Shown: piece after piece, positions 1 through 13,600 of the stretch | How the letters are laid out: every line of letters starts with the position of its first letter | How positions within the stretch are numbered: the first letter of the stretch is position 1 | Program-made: the position numbers and the translations under genes | DNA from: Balanoglossus misakiensis | Lineage: Eukaryota; Animalia; Hemichordata | Assembly (NCBI GenBank): GCA_040954595.2 | Contig: CM082597.2 | Coordinates: forward strand, 9,579,778-9,643,777 | Direction: 5' to 3' | Length of the DNA stretch: 64,000 nt | The notes under the pieces: generated by a model | The model's input: only the letters and a program-made list of their open reading frames with translations | What the model was told of the DNA's origin: nothing | Databases searched by the model: none

Positions 1-1019
1 TCTGCAGTAAGTATGTGTGCAACATTTCTTTTCCCGAGTAGGCCTATTGACAAGTTTCGTAAATCTGTAAGATTATGACCCCAGGTATTAACCTTAAAAA
101 TCATGAACTGGTAACATAACACAAAACTGGCAGCACTTTGAAGGTGTATGAATGAATATCACTTTATGAAAAGTGTGTCTTTGTCATAAAATGTAAAACT
201 TTAGCAACTTTTCCAAAAGTCAGTTTGTATAAATTCTGCTCAATCGTCTTTCATCCACTATTGTTACAGGAGTGAATTCATGTAAATCATTCAATTCAAT
301 TATTCTGATGTCATTAAGCATTCATTGTGTAACCAGCCATACCTTCAATTATTTATTTCGATTTTCAAATTCAGGGAGGTCAAATGCGGGATTCAACATT
401 AATTTTGAGCAGACTAACTTCAGCCAGAACAATCTTCATACTGCGAAACCAACATTGCCATAGTTAGGAACTAGAATGGCCCTGGGATATGTACATGTAC
501 CGATTAAATACCATGCATGTGTTGGTCGGGAGAGGGGGCACTGTACTCTGCTGTGTATGTACTACAATTATTAATATGTACATATGTACATGTACGGTAT
601 ATGTACCCCAACTTGCAACTAAAAAAGGATTTGAAACGAAAGTAACATTAAGGGATTACGAACTTTCAGCTATGTGTAAATTGTATACAACATGGTAGTC
701 ATATCGTCACAGTCCGGATACTATGTGTCGTTTACCTTGGGTGACTGCTGTTTTAAAATTTGACACATGAAAATATCGATTAGTCTCTGTCAAATGTCGG
801 CTACTGTTTACCTGTCCATGATCACTGTGACTGACGTGCGAGTAACGTCTTCCAATAACTCTACAGTATAAATAAATAAACGATGAGTTTCTGAACTACA
901 GTTGAACACTTACCGATAGGTGTGTAGATGATTGGTTGTGTCAGCGGTGTGCGAAACTTAAAAAGTTAATGGGAATACATCAAAATCTTATTCCGATAGT
1001 TAGAGGTGATCCCCTTTCA

Positions 1020-1125
1020 GCCAAAATGGCCACTGACTTATCACGTGATGCATGGTTGTCCCCATAGTAACTATAGACTAAACAACCGGAAGTAATACAG
1101 CGCCCTCGCGAGGCGGGGCGTAGGT
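1020..1125. promoter_or_regulatory. CpG-rich housekeeping-type promoter upstream of TEN1, possibly bidirectional
   Basis: Clustered motifs 150-250 bp upstream of the TEN1 ATG: AAAATGGC (YY1-like), TCACGTGA E-box 1041-1048, CCGGAAGT ETS 1086-1093, CCTCGCGAGG palindrome 1104-1113, GGCGGGGCG GC-box 1112-1120. Confidence 0.55.
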
Positions 1126-1276
1126 CGTCATTTGTTTTGCTGTTGTGATGTTTGATCTTGTTATCATTCGTCTCAGCAGGTTTGATGAACCATCGACAAG
1201 TGGAAGACACTAGAACATGAGAAATATGTTGTGACAAGAAAGATTACGCCCACCACCTCCTACGTTTATCGTAAAA

Positions 1277-3013
1277 ATGGCAAGTAGAAGTAACCCAGAC
1301 CCCGGTGAAATATTGCAATTCAATGAAATTCAAGAAAGGGGAAAGCACGGACAAACAGTAAGAGTAATCGGCAGGTAATTTGCTTTGTAAAATTATTTCA
1401 CTGATCAGTGATAACACTAAACAGATCACATTCTCAAGAGACTGTGTGCACTGATCAATGATCTACATCCAAGACTTGTGAAAAGGCAGAATGATGATGC
1501 TGTGGAGCGAGTGAACTCCAACCATACCCAAACTATAAACTGCCAACGAACAAAAAAATACGTGACCATATTTTGAAACAAACAAACTTGTTTTGTTTAT
1601 ATATCAATCAGTAGCAACAAACATACACACTACAAACAAGGAGGAAGAGCTCCCTGTACAGGAGACAGGGTGGGACCCGGGGTGTCACACCAAGTGTTCC
1701 ATCCGGGATGGCCAGTGTCAACACAGGGGATACATGTCCCCCTTTGAAAGAAAATTTGAGGGGGGATTCCACTCTGGCAAGGTGGGAATATAATATCTCT
1801 AACATGTGAGTGACATCATTTTAAGGGGTACTGGTCCCTCGTTGACAAATTGGTAGGGGGTGCCAACATGTCAGCGGGGTGAATCCCCCCGGGCCCGGTG
1901 TAGATGAAACAGCCGTGTCATTTGTGCTTTGTACAAGCTGGTTAGCCGCTGTGTTTACAGTCACCTCTAATTTAAATATGTCTAGTATATTATGGTCAAA
2001 AGGCTTGTCCAAGTCAAATGACCATGTGGTGGCAAACTTTTAACATGTGTGCCACCCACTGAAATCTGTGATTGTGTTAATTATTTCAATTTTCTATAGT
2101 AACAGTGGTTACATTTACTAAGACAGTTACATATACATGAACATCATCACATGTATTCGTTCAAATCCACTGGTAGATGTTTTTGTGAATCAAAAAATGT
2201 TCACTGTAGTGTGACATCATAATTTATTGGCAAATGTAAAAATTAGCCTCATAGAATGACGTAGTACCCCATAGCATGTAATAATCTGAGAGGGAGGTAG
2301 CATAGCCATAGCTGTAAAGTTGATGTAAATGTCCTTGTATTTAATAACAAGCAATCTCAATACTACACGCTTAATGTTCACTGTATATAGCAGAAGTGCA
2401 GTATTTGAATACGTTGTGCCACATACACTACTCTCTGCTTAGTTTTTTCAACACATAAGGAGACAAGGGAAGAATTGAAGTGCACATCAAAGAAATACTA
2501 AGTTTGACCACTACTTGTGGGTTGTAGAAACATTATACAAGATTCATCGCTTAAATATCCCTCCATTCACCAAATTCGCAATTAGGTTTGCTGTGTACAA
2601 TATTAGCCTGTGGAGTGTTCTATGTGTTGTTTAACTAGTGTAAAGTTAAGGTTTCAGTCAAGTTGATGTTTTTTATGTCAATTTACCAATTCACTTTGTC
2701 ATCCTTTGTCAGGTTGAAGTGGCATGACTTACAGAAGAAAAGAGTCGCAATCATACAAGTCCAAAAGAATACATCACTCAGTTTGATCATAGATACTACA
2801 CTAGTGGAACCATTTTATTTCAAGGCACTCTCCATCTTTCAGTTCATTGGAGAGTTGGATTTCGAAGAAGATGATGAAGGTGCCATACTTCATGCTAGAG
2901 TATGCCGTTGTGTGGATGGTTGCAATATGACCTACTATTCTTTGGCATTGCAATATCAGAACAAATACTTTGCAGAAAGATGCAGTGATATGGACATGAA
3001 CCATTTTCATTAA
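1277..3013 (+). CDS. TEN1: TEN1 (CST complex OB-fold subunit), join(1277..1374,2713..3013), 132 aa
   Basis: Exon 1 MASRSNPDPGEILQFNEIQERGKHGQTVRVIG(R) ends AG|gtaatt. Exon 2 starts after tttgtcag and reads LKWHDLQKKRVAII...DTTLVEPFYFKALSIFQFIGELD...AILHARVCRCVDGCNMTYYSLALQYQNKY. This matches vertebrate TEN1 motifs (TLRTFGRL, TKLVEPF, GEL, ARVLTCVEGMN). The phase-2 junction joins in frame (399 nt). Confidence 0.85.
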
Positions 3014-3994
3014 ACTTATAAGTGTCTTTCAGTGCAGAAAGTCTCTTACAGTCCTATCTTTATGAAATCAGTATATCTTTAGCAAGTTTCATAAAAATTT
3101 GGTGCATGAATTCAGATTTATAGCGAGTATGGGCAGCTGATTTTTACATATGTGCTAGCTTTGGTTTTGGTTGTATAAGAAAACCCATTTTCGCCATGAT
3201 TATTAAGAAAAACAGACTACAACAGTGCATTCTGGGTCTTATTGAATGCGATGCATTTTGAATCATTGAAAAAGAAGCACTAAGCTTGGCTCTTTCGTTA
3301 TGGACCATTTGCCACTTTCTTTTTAAAATCTGAGACAAAGATTTGCTGACAGTACACACAAGTTTGTACTTTGATAAACACTCATCGGTGATATGGGGTG
3401 ACACATATTCCAAAAGTTTAACTTTTATGCTGCCAAACACTTCTTGTACTACAAGTTTTGTTAAGGAATAAAATTCATAGAAAGACATTTTCATTAATGT
3501 GTCTTCCATGTAACATACCGGTATTTCACAAATCACACAAGCCACCTTAACCATGGCACACATTTGTAGCATCATAGTTTAGTGAATTAGTATAAGGTAA
3601 AAGAATTCCAACTAAGAGATTGTTTTATAGGACACTCTTATAACCAATCATTACACATGAATTAGTCACGTGACATGAATGAAAGATGTCACTTGAACAA
3701 ATGTTTCAAGATTTGATTTGAAATAATGGAACAGGCAACCCCCCACAAATGTCTTCGTTTCCTGTCTAGTCTCATGAACTGCACAACTTCCCATCAGTAT
3801 GATCCAAACTCTATTGCTTTTCACTCTTTAAAAGTCAACATGGAAACAGAAGGGTAATGAACAGTGTTGTTGCTAGATCACAACATTTGACACCATTTTG
3901 AATTTATGAGAATTCTAATCCCCATAATACATGACAGTTCTGTACTCCTGCAATGGGTGGCTGAATAAATGAGTGCAGCACGTGTTTATATTTA

Positions 3995-4290
3995 ATTATA
4001 TTATACCAGTATATTGATGGTGTAAATCACGCTATTTTATTGGTCGAGACACGACACATGACTGTGATATATTCGTCACATACCACAGTCATATATCACG
4101 CAAAACTCATAGTCAAAGAAAATGCCTTTTTAAAATGTTTTATGCAAAGTTTCAATATACTGGTATAATATAATAGCAATAAAACACCCCCAGCCATGGT
4201 ATACCACTCGATTTTGACCAGTTCAACTCCATATACGCACTCGCTATCGCTCGTGCGTATACGTTGTGAATTGGTCAAAATATCATGAAA
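3995..4290. repeat. Unclassified interspersed-repeat-like segment with long hairpin
   Basis: TTATTATACCAGTATATTGA (~3997) is inverted at ~4153-4172. A hairpin ATTTTGACCAGTTCA...TATACGCAC-tcgctatcgctc-GTGCGTATA...TGAATTGGTCAAAAT spans 4211-4281. Confidence 0.4.
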
Positions 4291-4776
4291 CCGCCACAAT
4301 CAGAGATTCCTAAAATGTTTGTGTGAGCTCATTTAAATAAGCCATTCAAAATTTGAAAGTATAATCTTGAAATTAAACTTTCCATGAGGCTGAAGTGCTT
4401 AAAATTTTGAGATATTGCAGATGTATTAACCTGGTCTCCATACCCAATGTGTTTTAGATAGACTCATACACAAGGGTCTGGCCACGCAGTCAACTCTCTG
4501 CGATTTTGAAGATCTGCGATGTCACGGCAACGAGGTAACCCCATGGACTTGACTCTGACATCGTTCAAGTCAATCACCTTACGCGATACACTACTGATTG
4601 GTTGAAACAATGACCCGCACGTTGCTAATAGTTGGAAAATAATTAGCATTAATTAGCAACATCTGTTCCATGACAAATCTTAATGTCTTTGCAAATTAAG
4701 CAAGTTTGTATTAGAATATAATATGGAATCAATACTTTGGGCTTAGTCTTCATTTAGTGATATCGATCACACTGGC

Positions 4777-7045
4777 AATAATAATAATAATAATAATAAT
4801 AATATTTAATTCTTAAAAAACGCTTTCCATGTAATAAGACATCCCAAAGCGCTGTGCATCGCTGCTTAAAAATACAAAGACAAATAAAATGCTAAAAATA
4901 TATAATAAAATAGACAATGGTTAAAAATTGGATAAAAAGTCATTCCCTGAATAGAAATGTTTTAAGGTTTGATTTAAAAACATTAAAATTCTCACTGCTA
5001 CGGACCCAGTGTGGAACTGGTAGCTTATTCCACAACCGTGGTGCTCCTGTAGAGAATGACCTGTCACCATAAAAGACTGTGTTAACTTTGGGATGATCAA
5101 GAATAAAAGAACAATCAGTTGTAGAACGAAGGTTACGGACAGAAGAACGAACACTTATGAGCTCCTTCAGGTACGACGGAGCCATATTATTTAAAACTTT
5201 GTAGGTTAAACAAAGAATTTTAAAATCAATCCGTTTCTGTATAGGAAGTCAGTGCAATCTCTTAAGTAGTGGTGTAATATGTTGTTTTCTTGCTTGACTA
5301 AACGTGCAGCGGCATTCTGAATAGACTGTAACTTATTGATTTGATAATTTGGCAGACCATAAAGTTACAATAGTCTAACCTAGAAGTAACAAAAGCATGA
5401 ACAAGTTTTTCAGTTGATTCTTGGTCTTGACAATTCCGGATTTTACTAATCCTCCACAAAGCAAAAGACGCTGATTTACACAAAGTGGAAAGATGTGATG
5501 TCATGGTCATCGTAACATCAAATTAATGTGACACCGAGGTCAATCACTGTAGGTGATGAATGGACGCTGATATCACCAACTTGTACATCACACTCTCGTG
5601 GTCGGTACCTATCGCCAAACTTAGAAGAGAATCTAATAACTTCGGTCTTACTATCGTTAAGTACAAGCATGTTATGCATCCACTGGCGAATTTCACTTAT
5701 ACAGTTCTCAATAATTTTACTCGAGACACAATCACGAGAGCAAACGTACAATATACAACTGAGAGTCATCAGCATAAAACATACTTTGTAGACCGTGTTT
5801 ATCTATAATGTCCTCAAGGGGTGTTGTATACAGACTAAATAAAACTGGTCCCAAGACAGAGCCTTGGGGAACGCCACAATCAAGCGGTTGTGCCTCCGAC
5901 ATCACCGTCCCAATACGTACTCTCATTGTTCTGCCTAGTAAATATGAAGCAAACCAGTTGAGAACGGTACCCTTGATACCAAACCTATGACGTAGTCTAT
6001 GAATCAAGATGTTATGGTCGATGGTATCGAAGGCGGCTGACAAATCAAGTAGAATTAAAATAACATCATCCCGGCGGTCTAGAGCCTGTAGCACATCGTT
6101 TTGCACTCGAATGAGCGCAGTCTCAGTACTGTGTCCTTGTCGATAAGCAGACTGACATTTAGCGTACAAGTTGTTACTGCACAGATACGAATTAAGTTGA
6201 AATAACACTGACTTCTCAATCAACTTAGAGATGTAAGTTAAATTCGAAACCGGTCTATAGTTTTTCAACACATTTTTATCAATGGTTGACTTCTTTAGTA
6301 ATGGGCGTACAATCGCCAATTTACATAGGCTGGGAAATACACCAGACATCAGTGAACAATTGATGATACATGAAATTGCTGGAGATACTTGATGCACACA
6401 CTGTTTTAGCAATGATGTTGGTATGGGATCATGATATGAGGATTTGGTGGGGAGCGAACCAATGAGTTTTTCAACAAAATCAATTGAAACTGTTTTGAAA
6501 GCACTGAGATTAAGCTTATGTCTTTAGGAAAATCACAAGATACCAAAGTCTCACGGATCTTCTTGATCTTAGAAAGGAAGAAATCTGCGAAGGTGTCCGG
6601 TAATTTGTTTGAGTCCATGTCCGGTGTGGCTGATGCCAACGCGCCCTTAGTACCTGCGATCTCATCAATTATACGAAACAACTTCTTGGTATCAGCACAC
6701 GCAATACGGCTACGATGATAGGATGAATGTGCATCACGTAATCTGGCTGTATACTGGTTTCTAGCGGATTTAAACATTTCTTCATGTACAACCAGGCCTG
6801 TCTTCACCCACTGCCTTTCTAACTGACGGAGCTTTTGTTGTAACTTTAGTCAATCTTCTGTAAACCATGGTGAACGCACTTTATCCAAAACATGTTTGGT
6901 GACAACAGGTGCAATGGCATCAATAACTGTAGTCAGGGCTTCATTATACGTACTCACAAGAAGAGAAGAGCACCCTTCAATTTCCGAGAGACTTGGCAAT
7001 GGAGATGATGCAATTTTCTGCTGAAGATCACTGATGTCGATAAAT
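4777..7045 (-). mobile_element. 5'-truncated, frameshifted L2-clade LINE (RT pseudogene) with (TTA)n tail
   Basis: Minus-strand ORF pieces carry LKNYRPVSNL, QSAYRQGHSTETAL, LLDLSAAFDTIDH, GVPQGSVLGP, YADD, LVHAFVTSRLDYCN and GDRSFSTGAPRLWN..FKSNLKTFLF. A 3' stem-loop is followed by an (AAT)n run at 4777-4803. There are several frameshifts. Confidence 0.9.
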
Positions 7046-7643
7046 AGTATTTAGACTTCAACACATGACACAATTAATGTATTAACTGATTTTATTTCAT
7101 GGCATACCCTCACTTCCCATCAACTTACAAGTGTCTTTGAAAGTTTATAGAAACACTGGCAGTACTTATCTTTACTACACAGGAAAAAAAAAGAATTTCT
7201 CTATTTTCTTTCTCTACTATTGTACTGTATACATTGAGAAGAAAAAGAAGGTCCAATGCAGTAGCCAAGCATGTCAAACCAGTGTGCAAAAAAGATAACT
7301 TCCACGACGCACTTTACAGGGATGTCAAAAAAGGCAGCAATAATATTCACTTGTAAAAGAGAAGTATCTAGCTGAAAATAGGGCTGGTCTTTGGAATTCC
7401 CAAAATCTTCTGACGATACAAGACCTGTGGCTAGATTTTGTCCATGGGTTCCGGCACATTTTCTACTTGACAGGAAACCTTTTTACATCCTTCCTTACTA
7501 ATAAGCAAATAACATAATATGATTTGTACATAGGAATATTGAACTGATATTTGTATCAATGAACTCATACTCTGCTAATGTTGCAGGTGCTTTTTTGCAA
7601 AATATCTGTATTATTATATCTTTACATTGATTTACGTTTAATT

Positions 7644-10600
7644 CTACACAATTTCATATTTTTCCACAAGAAATGCAACATCTGTTGAGAATTTGACTGC
7701 TTCATTGCCTTCCACCGCCCGGACATCAGATACCTGAAATATGAAAAAAAAATAACATAAAAATCATTATCACCAGTAAGAATTTGTTGGCCTGATCCAA
7801 TTGTTCTGAATGCTAACAATTATTTATGTGCTAAGATGAGCTAACCAACAAATCAGAGTGCCAGCAGTTCTATTGTGGCATGAACCATATCAACCAAGTC
7901 ATACACCAATCAGACAAAGCTTTCCATCTTACTTTGGGATGACCCACATCCAAGTAATTACACGGATAAAGTCGTTCGTGTTTACCTTTCTGTGATATCA
8001 ACAATACAAAGAACACTTGCATAAAATCTCTCAGTGTACAAAAAAATTATTCATAACTTCAAAAAGTGTCAAATGATTACCCATTTTGCTGTATGTAAAG
8101 AAATGATTTTGTCAGTGACCTCTAGACAAAATGCCTGCTTTCAAAACAACTTGGCTTTCTCAATAAACATTTCCACAGAATATGCAAAAGCTGTTATCCT
8201 CATCAATATGAAAGACCCCATCATTGCCCACTTCCATAATCCCTGAGTGAACTTACATCCTGATGTTTTGTTGGTATGACATCATACATTATTCGGCATT
8301 GCATATAACATTCACCCTTTTATAACAGACAAAATTCATATTTTATCCTTCAAGGATGAATTAGAATGCTCAAATTACATAAGCATGGTAGACTTTTCCT
8401 CAATTTCCTTTTTCCAGGATTTTAAGGTCTCATTAGGGTCATGAAAATGACCTATTTGAGATCTCATCACAATTGCCCCCATGTGGTCTATATCTTATAG
8501 TGTGCATTCAGGCATTTCTCTCCACTGTGTATGAATCGCTTGATTATAGATACCTACCTCTTCATCAAAAGTTTAATTTGTGCTGTGTACAAGCAGAGTG
8601 GAGTTTGTTTATAGTTGGCCAGTATTTAAGAATGTTTCGAGAAGTCAAACAACATAGACAACTCTAAGTATCAACCAAAATGAACCAATCAAAGAATATT
8701 CTCATCTTGTCAGAAGGTGGAATTTTAATCAGTTAGTTAACTTTGTAGGAAGCAAAACTTATTTATGGTGGTGAAAATTCTTACCTGGATGTCACAGAAT
8801 GATTTTCTTGATAGAAAGTTGACAGAAATTGGGAAGAAATCATTTGGGTGACCACCTATGCTGAATTCCAAACTTCCTGTTTTATTGCTGGCATCAATGA
8901 CAGGCAGAGTCCATTCTAAGATATTGTGACGACTGTCATAGTGATAGTTACCATCAATCTCTCCAATCACAGGTGAGCCAACACCAGCCCTACAAAGATG
9001 AAATACAAAAACTTTAATTATACTTCATCATTGAGTGAATCCTTATGAATGATAGTACACAACAAATAAAAAAATAGAATGCTAGTACCCCCTCTGTCAA
9101 CAAGTTACAGTGGATTTGCAGCTAATGAGTCAGTTCTTTTTATCTGCAGTGTTATCTGCACAAATTGCATGTATTGACCAATAAAAGAAGCATAGTAAAT
9201 ATAAAAACTGCGACATAGCTGCAATCCACTGACATAATCCCTGGCTAGATTGAAATATTAAGAAAACATTTAAAAATGTGTAATCTGACACCCCCTGTCT
9301 ACAAACTTATGCTGCCAAGACTATAATTATCAATAAAAGGATACCATCCTTTGTTTTGTACCTTGCCATACAATACTGTACTGTATTGTACTGTACTGTA
9401 AAGGGATTAAGGGGACATAAGCTCAATAACAATGATGGCAAAAACAATGCCAAGACAGTTAGTTATAGTTTTACTCCCAGAACTTAGTATAACATCCTAT
9501 CTACCTTACTTTGCCGCTAGTGGCATCCCGTATCAGCCATTTTTACTGTGACAAGTCACAGCAAAGCGATGTTACACTGTTTTTGTAAGTCTGAATTTTC
9601 AATCTAACAGACTTTGATCATAAACAAGTAATGAGACTGTACATATGCATTACTCATAAATCAATACCACCATACATACATATGACAGTGAGGTGTTGTT
9701 TGGGAGACAAATCCTATACTGTTTGCAAGTGTTCTGGGATCCCAGGTACTGCCTGGGATACAGATTCCATGTGAACGCTATTCCCTGACGCTACCCAAGC
9801 TTCAATCTGATTAAAATCAGATGTAGGGAACGGCGACGAGGTTTTTTTATGCTGTCGCCTCACACTACATCTGACCAACTCTCACTGAAGCTCCCGTTGA
9901 AATCGCGCATTCCGACCCAGCCAATTAGATTGCGTGTTACGCCGACCAAAGAATTAGACTGGGAGATGGGAGAAATTATTTTGTTGACTTCGAATATCGC
10001 ACAGAATACGACAGATTGGCTTTCTCTTGTGAACAATTACATGTAATCCCATGATATTTTTCTTTGTGTGGCGTCATCGTATGCGAGTGGTTTTCGCAGA
10101 GCAGTGCAACGTCGAGCTGTAGCCATATACACATGATGAACTGTCGTTGATCATTTATAAACTCTCTTAACAAGTCGTCATGTTCGCCCTCGTAGTCATG
10201 CTGCCAGTCGGGAAAATGACGTACTTCATGTAAAAGTTTATAAAAAATAAAATGCCATGTATCCCAAAACAATTTATGTGACAAATTTTTAAAAAGAACG
10301 CTAACTTCGGCTAAGGAATGTCAAGTCATAGCTCCGCCTTCAGGTCTGTGTGTTCCCGACGCACCACAGCCCTGGATAAGGCCCCATAGACAAACTGGTG
10401 CGTCTGCGGTCCGGACCCGGACGCCCGACCGCAGCTTTTTCTGTCGAAATTCGATTTTATTGAAGCAAAATCCTTTCCTTGTCTACTTCAACCGACCCCA
10501 AATATGATGCGATTAACTTCTTCTAACGTCCGTGTAACGCCGGGAACACACAGACCTGCATGCAGAGCTAGTCAAGTCAGTGCACTCTCGTGTATACAAA

Positions 10601-13600
10601 CGATCGTGGCGACAGAATCTCTCCCTGGGACGGCCTTACACAAATGTAATCGATTCTCTATCAATTTTACTGCGACTTGTTGCCACATCTTATACATTTC
10701 GTTGGCCGGTGTAATATAGAGGTTCAGTCGTCACGCTGAACTGGCTCGAAACCATTCCCCACGCTGATTCGACTCTCGCGCCCGGGATATATGTCTGTGG
10801 TAGCTCCATAATAACAACCGCAAGGGGCCAGGTCATGTGATTGTGGGTTGCCTATCGTTTGCTATAAGGCGCCTTCTGATTGGTTTATTCGCCCAGTAAA
10901 TCCCGTCAATTTCAACGGGAGCTCCAGTGGGAGTTGGTCAGATGTAGTGTGAGGCGACAGCATAAAAAAAACCACGTCGCCGTTCCATTGTTTGCATCCA
11001 GGAGGATTTTTTCTGAGTCAGTGACAGACTTCAAGAGGGCTTGCAGTTTATACAGAAACTTTTTAAAAAGAAGTCAGGGATGTAGAAACAACCTGTCAGC
11101 AAATTTGTCTGGCTGCGAAAAATCGCTACTGCAAACTGTCTGTAATTTCAGTTAACAGAAAGAAAAATTTTCTACATCCCTTGAAGTTTCTGTTCAAATG
11201 GGTTTTTTTTTGGTGTGTGTCAAAAGCCAATCTCAGCTTACCGAATCTTTCCTCAAAAGTTTTCCCTTGGAATGGAAGGGGATATGGATATTACAGTGGT
11301 CTCCACACCACATGACCTGGTTTTCCCAAAAATTTAACAAAATCCTTACCAATACCTAACCATCTATGTATCCTAATTAAAAACTACAATGTCTGTACTA
11401 GTAGCTTGCATACATATGAACTACATGTACTTACCGTAACCTAAGTAACGGGTCACAGCAAGGGGAAATGAAATAAATCAGGTTTTTAAAAATGTAAATC
11501 AATATTTCATCCAATTATTTGATTTCCAATATTTAACCAACTTCAATTTAGTTTTATTACTGAAACATCTTTCATTAAGAGGGTGAGATATGACTTGGTG
11601 TCATGCGCTGACTTGTAAACAACTTCACTCTGTCAATTTGACAGTCAATTTGACAATCATTTTTATCAGCTGGGACTTCTATATTAATGTACTGGCTACA
11701 AGACACATTCCAGTACATTCTCCAGTGAAAGTTACCACTAGGAAATAATATGATATGTATCATAACTCAGCAAACAATTGAGAAATGAAACAAATCATGA
11801 TTAACAGGAGAGAATAATGTACTGCATTGACCTGCACAAATAGTTACAAAGACAATGCATTCCTATCATTTTCAATATTGGAATACTGTCTTCTACAATT
11901 ACAATGGCTGTACAACTGTTACTTTCTCTTCAGTGAATATAAAAGTAATCAAGGTGATCATATTGTGAAATTCTTTCGAGAAAATGGTCTAATCATGGCA
12001 AAAAAATCATGTCTCTCATAATCGACAAAAAGCACTTTACCTGATATGCCTGCCTTTAAAGGAGTTTACATTTTACTAACAAATGCTGCAGAACAAGCAA
12101 CAACCTGAACCTAACATGACAAACGTTTGCCGTAAAAGTTAAATGGAAAATATGTTTGGTTGTCAGAAGATAAGTTGTGTGATACTTACGCTACAGGGAT
12201 ACTGATAACAATATCTTGTAATTCCAGCTCTTCTTGTTCTAAAGTATATTCAATATTGACGTCACATCCGCCTTCATTATTCTCTGACGGCCAACAATTA
12301 ACTGCAAAGAAATTGACATGAAAGACATTTTATTGTAATTCCTTGATTTTTCATAGAGGTCTAAATCTTGTCATGGGAAAATCCCAGGGCAACCCACTGC
12401 ACAATATATTGACCAACAGTCTCTTTCTTGACAGGATGTTATCAAGAATTGAAATGGGAAACAAGCTTTTGCTGACGATAGTTTAATCCCTTTCCTGCCA
12501 AATGAAACTAGTTTGATGCCAGGGGGCTTACACTTGCGGCCCCTAAGCCTTTTAGCATGCCAAGTCTTTGTTACTGTATGTGAGTCATGCCAAGATGTTC
12601 AAAATAGGTTTAAGTGAAAAAAATGGCCAATACCACATTTAACTACTTAGCAAGATGGCATTAACCCTTATGCTACTGGGTGTCATATCTGTTTAGAGTC
12701 TCAAGTCCCTTAAAATACGTATTTGCCACTTTTTCTTCTAAAACGTATTTTGACTGTCTTGACATGGCTCTCATACGTACTTAGACACACTTGGCAGTCT
12801 GAGCCCCCGAAAAATGTACCAAATCGTACTGGTTTTTACTGATTTGGTTTGAGGGTCTTGTATAGGCCCTACTGATTAACACACACTTGGCAGCCTAACA
12901 GGCCTGGGAGCCAGGATTCTAGGCACCCTGGAAATCAAACCAGTTCATACTGACTTGGCAGCGTAAGGGTTAAACACCCCAAGCAGGAAGAGGGTAAACA
13001 TTATACAGCTCTTATTAAGTTTATACACAGTAAAAGGTTAAGGAATATCGCGCCTCGATCATTTTAGTTGTTTGCGCAGGTTTCTGCGCAGAGTGTAAAA
13101 AGTTAAATTTTATTTCCAGTGTTTTTCAAACAAAGTTGTAGTGTAGTGATGTGAGGTTATTTTAGAACATATATGTATTTATTAAATTTGGGACTGAAAT
13201 TTTCGCGCGTTTGCAATACTGTAGGTTGCTATAGCAACCAACCCCTTTTGCAGCCTATCCTGGGCTGAAGACGTCGGAAATCCATGTTTAACTTCCTGCA
13301 TCTCAACAATTTGCGTGGTGACCCCCCATTTTTTGCCTTAAATTGATTTGATATATTTCAAACAAGGTATCTACATTTTGTACCAAGTTTTAAAAAAAAG
13401 TTTAAGTCTAGAAGTGGTAGAAAACTAATAAAATCACGTCAAGGACACAGTGGTCCCATTGAGTGATTACACAAGAACAAGTCTACACATCTATACATCC
13501 ATCCATACATCCATACATACATACAGACGCAACCGATCCCATAAAGTCCCATGGTATATACCAATGGGACCTAATAAAAGTGAATTTTCAGGCAATTCTA

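Noticed and set aside
1520-1655. Functional link between the TTAGGG-bearing repeat family and the telomere gene TEN1
   Set aside because: The family is dispersed (also ~25660 and ~61400-61700) and the TEN1-intron copy has degenerate motifs. Coincidence is sufficient.
3144-3575. 143-aa minus-strand ORF
   Set aside because: No recognisable domain or splice context. It lies antisense to the presumed TEN1 3' region, so it is probably a chance ORF.
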